Part shown: in pieces, positions 56,501 through 64,000 of the stretch
Numbering within the stretch: position 1 is the first letter of the stretch
Layout of the letters: the number at the start of each line of letters is the position of its first letter
Assembly: GCA_002269645.1 (NCBI GenBank)
Contig: NIVC01000504.1
Location: 62,001 to 126,000 of the forward strand
Reading direction: 5' to 3'
Length of the DNA stretch: 64,000 bases
Source of the DNA: Macrostomum lignano
Lineage: Eukaryota
Program-made: the position numbers and the translations under genes
Notes under the pieces: generated by a model
What the model was told of the DNA's origin: nothing
The model's database searches: none
What the model saw: the letters and a program-made list of their open reading frames with translations, nothing else

Positions 56501-59500
56501 GCTCCCAGCCCATCGCCTGCAGGCCTTTGACAGCGAACTGCATCAGAGTGGCGATATTTTCAGGACCAGGCGAGGTCACGCACACGTTGGCGACACCTTT
56601 GCCGACCGCGGCAGCGATTGCCAAGCCGAGGGCGGCTGATTTGCCTCGACCGCGTGACGCTGTCAGAGCGGCCACTCGCATCTGCTGCTGTTGTTGGGCT
56701 GTTGCTATGGGGAAAGGGGGTGAGCACAGATATTTACAGTACTTGAGCATAAGTGGTATGAGCACAGGGGAATGTGCACTGTGATCTGAACACGGGTGTG
56801 AACATAGGGGTGAAAGAACACGGTTCAGGTTGTGAGAGAACACGGTTCAGGTTGTGAGAGAACACGGTTCAGGTTGTGAGAACACGGTTCAGGTTGTGTG
56901 AGAACACGGTTCAGGTTGAGTGAGAATACGGTTCAGGTTGAGTGAGAACATGGTTCAGGTTGTGAGAGAACACGGTTCAGGTTGTGAGAACACGGTTCAG
57001 GTTGTGTGAGAACATGGTTCAGGTTGTGAGAGAACACGGTTCAGGTTGTGAGAACACGGTTCAGGTTGTGAGAACACGGTTCAGGTTGTGTGAGAACACG
57101 GTTCAGGTTGAGTGAGAATACGGTTCAGGTTGTGAGAGAACACGGTTCAGGTTGTGTGAGAACATGGTTCAGGTTGAGTGAGAATACGGTTCAGGTTGTG
57201 AGAGAACATGGTTCAGGTTGAGTGAGAATACGGTTCAGGTTGTGAGAGAACACGCTTCAGGTTGTGAGAACACGGTTCAGGTTGTGAGAGAACACGGTTC
57301 AGATTGTGAGAGAACATGGTTCAGGTTGTGAGAGAACATGGTTCAGGTTGTGTGAGAACACGGTTCAGGTTGTGAGAGAACATGGTTCAGGTTGTGAGAG
57401 AACACGGTTCAGGTTGTGAGAACACGGTTCAGGTTGTGTGAGCACACGGTTCAGGTTGTGAGAGAACACGGTTCAGGTTGTGTGAGAACACGGTTCAGGT
57501 TGTGAGAGAACATGGTTCAGGTTGTGAGAGAACATGGTTCAGGTTGTGTGAGAACACGGTTCAGGTTGTGAGAGAACATGGTTCAGGTTGTGAGAGAACA
57601 CGGTTCAGGTTGTGTGAGCACACGGTTCAGGTTGTGTGAGCACACGGTTCAGGTTGTGTGAGAACATGGTTCAGGTTGTGAGAGAACATGGTTCAGGTTG
57701 TGAGAGAACATGGTTCAGGTTGTGAGAGAACACGGTTCAGGTTGTGTGAGCACACGGTTCAGGTTGTGAGCACACGGTTCAGGTTGTGTGAGCACACGGT
57801 TCAGGTTGAGTGAGAACATGGTTCAGGTTGTGTGAGCACACGGTTCAGGTTGTGTGAGCACACGGTTCAGGTTGTGAGCACACGGTTCAGGTTGTGTGAG
57901 AACATGGTTCAGGTTGAGTGAGAACACGGTTTAGGTTGTGTGAGAACACGGTTCAGGTTGAGTGAGAACACGGTTCAGGTTGTGAGAGAACACGGTTCAG
58001 GTTGTGAGACAACATGGTTTAGGTTAGCGATCATTCTTACCATTAGACTTATTATAGTCGCTAAGCAGGTCCAGAAAAGCTAGCAGTGTCCTAGCCTGAT
58101 CCAGAGTCCTGCAGAGGCCAACCAGTCTAGCGAATCGTTGATCACTCTCAGGGTCAGTCAGCATTGACTCTTGCAGCTCTTTAAGCTGGCGACCACTGGC
58201 TGACAGGCCATCTAGATTAGCCACTGTGCTAGTGGGTTTAATAGTAGCTAAAGTAGACTCAGATAACGGCAGTACGTTAAATTTGTCGTCCAGTACAAGG
58301 CAGCGACGGCAGTTAGCCAGTGAGAGCAGGAAGCGCTCGTTAAAACGGCCAACCACATCCTGGTGGGATTCTGTGCGATACCTGCGGATAGGAAAGTGGG
58401 ATGTAAGGCTTTAGAAGCGGGAGAGGGTGAGAGGGAAGGGGAGAAGCGGGAGAGGGTGAGAGAGGAAGGGGGAGAAGCGGGAGAGGGTGAGAGAGGAAGG
58501 GGGAGAAGCGGGAGAGGGTGAGACAGGAAGGGGGAGAAGCGGGAGAGGGTGAGAGAGGAAGGGGGAGAAGCGGGAGAGAGTGAGAGGGAATAGTTTGAAG
58601 TGGGAGAGGGTGAGGGAATGAAGAGAAGCGGGAGAGGGTGAGAGATAAAGGGTGAGAAGCGGGAGAGAGTGAGAGGGAATAGAGAGAAGCGGGAGAGGGT
58701 GAGGGTGAGGGAAAGAAGCAAAAGAGAGAAAGAGAGAAGGATAAAACCCAGTGTGGCATCAAGGACGACTTAAATAAGGGCCAGGTCGGTAAACTTTGTT
58801 TCTTAGAAAAACATTTGAAGGCGGGTTTGTCGCTAAAAAGGAAATCAATGCAGAAAATCGAGTAAGACAACAGGTATATCACAGAATTAGATAAGCATTC
58901 AATAAAAGTATTTTATGATTTACTAGTGCGAGCTACTAAGGAGCAGCAAAATCAGAGCTATTTCTAAGAAAAGAAAGTTCCTAAGAAACTGAGACAGTCC
59001 GCATACCTGGCATGCACATCCATAGACATGGTGGCAAGCTGCCTAAGCGAGTCCATGCTATGCAGCAGCAGTACAACCAGACCGCCGCCCTCCACAGTCT
59101 CAATAGTCCTAGCCAGAGTGTTGGGCGTCAGGGCTTCAAAGTCTTGCAGTACGCAGGCGCCGAAGGTGTTGCCGAGGATCTTGTGCGTCTCGCTATAATA
59201 GCACCAGCGAATCTCCGTGGCGCAGACAAACAATTCGAACGGATTGTCTTCGTTAACGTCGAGTTTACCGGATTTCTGCTTTTTTCTGCGAGGAAAATAA
59301 TATAGTACTGATATTGATGCGTTAAGTACTAACAGTAGTATTAAATTGCCTATCATTAAAGTCACGTGATTGAAAAAAAATTAATTATAATTTGAACTAG
59401 AAAAAACAAAATCACGTGATCTAAAGTAATTATGACTTTAACTACTGATAAAAAGGCACGTGATTTAAAACTAATTATAATTTAAACCAAAATTCACCAG

Positions 59501-61404
59501 ATCACATGATATAAATGTAATTAAATTACAATTTAAAATACTTTTCATCAAGGTCACTTGATCTAAAGTAATTACAATTAAACCCACTAATCAACAAAAT
59601 CCCGTGATTTTAAAGCAATTATAATTTATAATATCAACAAACAAGGCCACGTGATCTTAAAGTAGCTATTATTTAACCTACCAACCAATCAACCAGATCA
59701 CATGATCTAAAGTAACTAATATTAAACCTACACATCAACCAGATCACGTGATCTTAAAGTAACTATTATTTAACCTACCAATCAACCGGATCACGTGATC
59801 TAAAGTAACTATTATTTAACCTACCAATCAACCAGATCACGTGATCTAAAGTAACTATAATTTAACCTACCAATCAACCGGATCACGTGATCTAAAGTAA
59901 CTATTATTTAACCTACCAATTAACCAGATCACGTGATCCTAAAGTAACTATTATTTAACCTACCAATCAACCGGATCAAGTGATCTAAAGTAACTATTAT
60001 TTAACCTAGCAACCAATCAACTAGATCACGTGATCTAAAGTAACTATTTAACCTACCAATCAACCGGATCACGTGATCTAAAGTAACTATTATTTAACCT
60101 ACCAATCAACCAGATCACGTGATCTAAAGTAACTATAATTTAACCAAAAAATCAACCAGATCACGTGATCTTAAAGTAGCTATTATTTAACCTACAAATC
60201 AACCAGATCACGTGATCTAAAGTAACTAATATTTAACCTACAAATCAACCAGATCAAGTGATCTAAAGTAACTATTATTTAACCTACAAATCAACCAGAT
60301 CACGTGATCTAAAGTAACTAATATTTAACCTACAAATCAACCAGATCAAGTGATCTAAAGTAACTATTATTTAACCTACAAATCAACCAGATCACGTGAT
60401 CTAAAGTAACTATTATTTAACCTACAAATCAACCAGATCACGTGATCTAAAGTAACTAATATTTAACCTACAAATCAACCAGATCAAGTGATCTAAAGTA
60501 ACTAATATTTAACCTACAAATCAACCAGATCACGTGATCTAAAGTAACTATTATTTAACCTACAAATCAACCAGATCACGTGATCTAAAGTAACTAATAT
60601 TTAACCTACAAATCAACCAGATCAAGTGATCTAAAGTAACTAATATTTAACCTACAAATCAACCAGATCACGTGATCTAAAGTAACTATTATTTAACCTA
60701 CAAATCAACCAGATCACGTGATCTAAAGTAACTAATATTTAACCTACAAATCAACCAGATCACGTGATCTAAAGTAACTATTATTTAACCTACAAATCAA
60801 CCAGATCACGTGATCTAAAGTAACTAATATTTAACCTACAAATCAACCAGATCAAGTGATCTAAAGTAACTAATATTTAACCTACAAATCAACCAGATCA
60901 CGTGATCTAAAGTAACTATTATTTAACCTACAAATCAACCAGATCACGTGATCTAAAGTAACTAATATTTAACCTACAAATCAACCAGATCAAGTGATCT
61001 AAAGTAACTATTATTTAACCTACAAATCAACCAGATCATGTGATATGAAGTAATTACAATCAAATACAATTAATCAGGTCATGTGATTTAAGGTCAAGTG
61101 TATGATAATAAAAATACGTTACACTACTACTATCAACACGATCACGTGACTTGCACACTTACTGCAGCTGCCTCATCAGTTTCTTTCGATGAGTTGAGAA
61201 GCCTAATTCTTTCTTGTAGCACCACAGCACCGAAGGCCGGGCCTTAACAACCGCTTTGGACAAAAGATGATGCAAGATTGGCACCTGATCTCGACCTTTA
61301 TCGCCCACAATGACAAACATGCTGCGATGATGGTCGCGGATGCCATTTTCAATTAGTGCTTTGATTCTAGGGTCCAGCTTCTTCCATTTGGTCTTCTTGT
61401 CCAT
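50528..61404 (-). CDS. NAT10: RNA cytidine acetyltransferase NAT10/Kre33, 9 coding exons, 1041 aa
   Basis: Exons 61404-61163, 59285-59007, 58381-58041, 56704-56161, 55157-54827, 53877-53504, 52963-52531, 51726-51550 and 50932-50528 (3126 nt, in frame, GT-AG). Motifs LWCYKKELGFS, QDFEALTPN, Walker A ASRGRGKS, DEAAAIP, STVNGYEGTG, RVATHPDYQRMGYG and a basic C-terminal tail. Confidence 0.97.
50985..51415. repeat. NAT10 intron 8 repeat: TTCGATACATATCGGCT core with variable AT-rich spacers
   Basis: ~12 copies at ~33-37-bp spacing. Confidence 0.85.
51770..52525. repeat. NAT10 intron 7 repeat with the same core (~37-bp period)
   Basis: ttcgatacatatcggctact(t/g)tatcttaaa... units. Confidence 0.85.
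53226..53470 (+). mobile_element. tRNA-derived SINE, copy 4 (internal deletion), in NAT10 intron 6
   Basis: tRNA-like head, shared core and (TTA)n tail; lacks the middle segment seen in copies 1-2. Confidence 0.85.
53905..54765. repeat. NAT10 intron 5: 36-bp minisatellite
   Basis: ttaatccttaatcctctcagattgcgatctctatcg, ~23 copies. Confidence 0.95.
55368..56133. repeat. NAT10 intron 4: 34-bp minisatellite
   Basis: cctaatcctgactggatcttgctaatccatctag, ~22 copies. Confidence 0.95.
56812..58025. repeat. NAT10 intron 3: 22/20-bp minisatellite
   Basis: gagaacacggttcaggttgtga units fill almost the entire intron. Confidence 0.95.
58410..58740. repeat. NAT10 intron 2: ~31-bp purine-rich minisatellite
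   Basis: gggggagaagcgggagagggtgagagaggaa units. Confidence 0.9.
59390..61150. repeat. NAT10 intron 1: 46-bp minisatellite with a palindromic AGATCACGTGATCT core
   Basis: Period 46 (60381, 60427...), homogeneous over ~59690-61040 and degenerate at both ends. Confidence 0.95.
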
Positions 61405-61469
61405 TGTTGCAGAGCACAGCTGGAAACTGAAAATAGAAAGCCTTTGATTAAAATAGGGCAAACTGTCTG

Positions 61470-62050
61470 TGGACTAGCATTGAATATTGAGTCAGCTAAT
61501 GACCCAGCATTAAGAATTGAGTCAGCTAATGACCCAGTATTGAATATTGAGTCAGCTAATGACCCAGCATTAAGAATTGAGTCAGCTAACCCTGACCCAG
61601 TATTGAATATTGAGTCAGCTAATGACCCAGTATTAAGAATTGAGTCAGCTAACCCTGACCCAGTATTGAATATTGAGTCAGCTACCTCTGACCCAGTATT
61701 GAATATTGAGTCAGCTACCTCTGACCCAGTATTGAATATTGAGTTAGCTACCTCTGACCCAGTATTGAATATTGAGTCAGCTACCTCTGACCCAGTATTG
61801 AATATTGAGTCAGCTAATGACCCAGCATTAAGAATTGAGTCAGCTACCCCTGACCCAGTATTGAGTATTGAGTCAGCTACCCCTGACCCAGTATTGAATA
61901 TTGAGTCAGCTACCCCTGACCCATTGTTGAGTATGGAGTCAGCTACCTCTGACCCAGTATTGAATATTGAGTCAGCTAATGACCCAGCATTAAGAATTGA
62001 GTCAGCTACCCCTGACCCATTATTGAGTATTGAGTCAGCTACCCCTGACC
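61470..62050. repeat. 30/33-bp minisatellite just upstream of the NAT10 acceptor
   Basis: gagtcagcta..gacccagtattgaatatt units. The 211-aa ORF here is an artefact. Confidence 0.95.
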
Positions 62051-62864
62051 TACTAATGAGTAAGCTCTTACTGAGCTAGCTTAAAAGTGCATTAAAAAAA
62101 ATATTTTGTAATAAAGAATGGCTAATCAGAAAACACAATATTATTCAATAAAGATGCATTCATTTCATAGTTTTAATCGTGCAAAATTATATCATTTAAA
62201 AAAATTATAATAACGCTCATATGAAATAGATTAAGCAATAAATCTAGAACTAACAAAATTATCGATGGATTTCAATAATTAATTAATGAGCTAATTTTGA
62301 TACCTGGGCATAGAGTGTTTGACAGGTCAGTGTTTAGCAAATTAAATGAAACAAATAAACGCAAAATAGCAAACGATTTTTAAAAACAAATTTACTAATA
62401 ATAACAATTATAAGCATTAAGTAGCGATTAGCGATAAAGCCAGAAGCACAGCCAATGTACTAATAAAAAATAAATATTGTTTCCTTATAAATAAATTCAA
62501 CTGACCAGTCCAAACATAGCTGAATAATAAAATCCAGACTACACTACTGCTCAAATCCGAAATCAGTAGTAGGCAACGACGAATATTGTAGTGATTTATT
62601 TGGAAAATTGGCGCAGAAACTAACAGAAAATGAAACAAAGACTAACGCACATTCTGCATAAAGACTTTGATTTTAAAGTGGGCATAGGGAGGGGCGCGAA
62701 AGGCAGTACTTGCGGTGGAAGCAATAGAATTAGAATTAGAAATTAATTATTAGTTTACTAAAGTTGATTTGAGGCACTGGATTAAAATTGCAAACAATTT
62801 AGTTTTGAAACTATTGATTCTTTAGCATAAAATGTTAACACACTAGTTACTAGTTACTAGAAGA

Positions 62865-63375
62865 ATGGGGACTCCTCAATGAAGAATGGGGACTGTTCAG
62901 TAAAGAATCCGGACTTCCCAGTAAAGAATCGGGACTACTCAGAAAGAATCGTGGCTCCTCAATGAAGAATCGGGACTCCTCAGTAAATAATCAGGACTCC
63001 TCAGTAAATAATCGGGACTCCTCAGTAAATAATCGGGACTCCTCAGTAAAGAATCGGGACTCCTCAGTAAAGAATCGGGACTACTCAGAAAGAATCGGGG
63101 ATCATCAATGAAGAATCGGGACTCCTGACTAAAGAATCGGGACTCCTCAATGAAGAATTGGGACCCCTCAATGAAGAATCGGGGCTCATCAATGAAGAAT
63201 CGGGACCCCTCAGTAAATAATCGAGACTCCTCAATGAAGAATCGGGGCTCATCAATGAAAAATCGGGACACCTTAATGATGAATTGGGACCCCTCAATGA
63301 AGAATTGGCATTGGCACCCCTCAATGAAGAATCGGGGCTTATCAATGAAGAATCGGGGCTCTTCAAACGAGAATT
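62865..63375. repeat. 21-bp minisatellite downstream of the EXOC6 stop
   Basis: ctcctcaatgaagaatcggga units. Confidence 0.95.
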
Positions 63376-63518
63376 GAAACGGGAAAGTTAATAAGCAGTA
63401 ACCGGCACACTTTAAAAGTCAGAACTTTATAAGAACATTTAGCCGTCAGAAAATTGCAGGTTATAAAAATCCGATTTGACCAGTGCTTAAGCCGCTAATT
63501 AACTACCGATAACAGAAG

Positions 63519-63968
63519 TCAGTGAGCAGTGCCACCAGGTACCAGAGTGCGCAACTGCTTGAGCACAACCTCAGTCTCCTTGCGCTGCTTGCTACGGAAA
63601 TTAGCCAAAAAGCTGCCCTTGCGCCGGTCGAATTCTCGAACTTTCTCCAACAGCTGCACAGCCTTGGAGACGGTCACTCGATCGTAGCGGCTCCTCGGAC
63701 CAGTCTGGCACTCGCGCAAAAACACATGCCAATCGTTGCTGACAACCAGGCGCAACAATTGACTCAATTCTTCGAATGCCATGCACAGGGTCTCGGGTTC
63801 GAGTCCTGGCACCGGTGAATTAGTAGCGAACGCTTTACAACAGGCGATATCAGATGAGAGCTGCAGTAGTACAGCTGGGCCTATCGACCGGACCTGAGGA
63901 TCCATCACCAGGCCTAGCAGCTCCTCATGTACGTGCTTGCACGAGATTAGGCAGGCTGTTTGAGCCAC
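63519..63968 (-). CDS. EXOC6: Exocyst complex component 6 (Sec15), last exon
   Basis: Acceptor CAG at 63969-63971. AFEELSQLLRL..DW..FL..Y.RV....AVQLLEK..F.ANFR...ETEVVLKQLRTL matches the Sec15 C-terminus; the gene continues beyond the window. Confidence 0.85.
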   Translation of the reverse strand: MAQTACLISCKHVHEELLGLVMDPQVRSIGPAVLLQLSSDIACCKAFATNSPVPGLEPETLCMAFEELSQLLRLVVSNDWHVFLRECQTGPRSRYDRVTVSKAVQLLEKVREFDRRKGSFLANFRSKQRKETEVVLKQLRTLVPGGTAH

Positions 63969-64000
63969 CTGAAATTCAAAATTAAAAATTAGTATGAACT

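Noticed and set aside
53855-63377. Repetitive ORFs at 53855-54598, 58248-58882, 61444-62079 and 62939-63377 (also 32402-33097, 37285-37665)
   Set aside because: Stop-free translations of minisatellites within introns or spacers, with no protein-like complexity.

Overview
Animal (eukaryotic) genomic window: AT-rich and repeat-dense, with GC-richer exons, GT-AG introns and nested transposons. The species cannot be determined from this sequence. 1-12 kb: a CMC (CACTA/Mirage/Chapaev)-type DNA transposon with an intact spliced DDE transposase and a spliced companion gene carrying a 57-bp His-rich coding minisatellite. 12-24 kb: a solo LTR, then a full-length but decayed Ty3/Gypsy element (minus strand, 4-bp TSD ATAA, Leu-type PBS) inserted in a MITE. 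Its integrase is internally inverted, it has no polypurine tract, and it carries an intact extra ORF of unknown function. 28-41 kb: the main unannotated signal, two highly divergent spliced Rel-homology (NF-kB-like RHD+IPT) genes arranged tail-to-tail, reconstructed by hand from splice sites because the ORF track fragments them. 48-64 kb: three conserved genes on the minus strand (EXOC6 last exon, complete 9-exon NAT10, intronless ATG101). Nearly every long intron or spacer there holds its own minisatellite, and a splice acceptor sits about 15 nt upstream of the NAT10 and ATG101 start codons. All gene models and alignments were made by eye; no database search was run.
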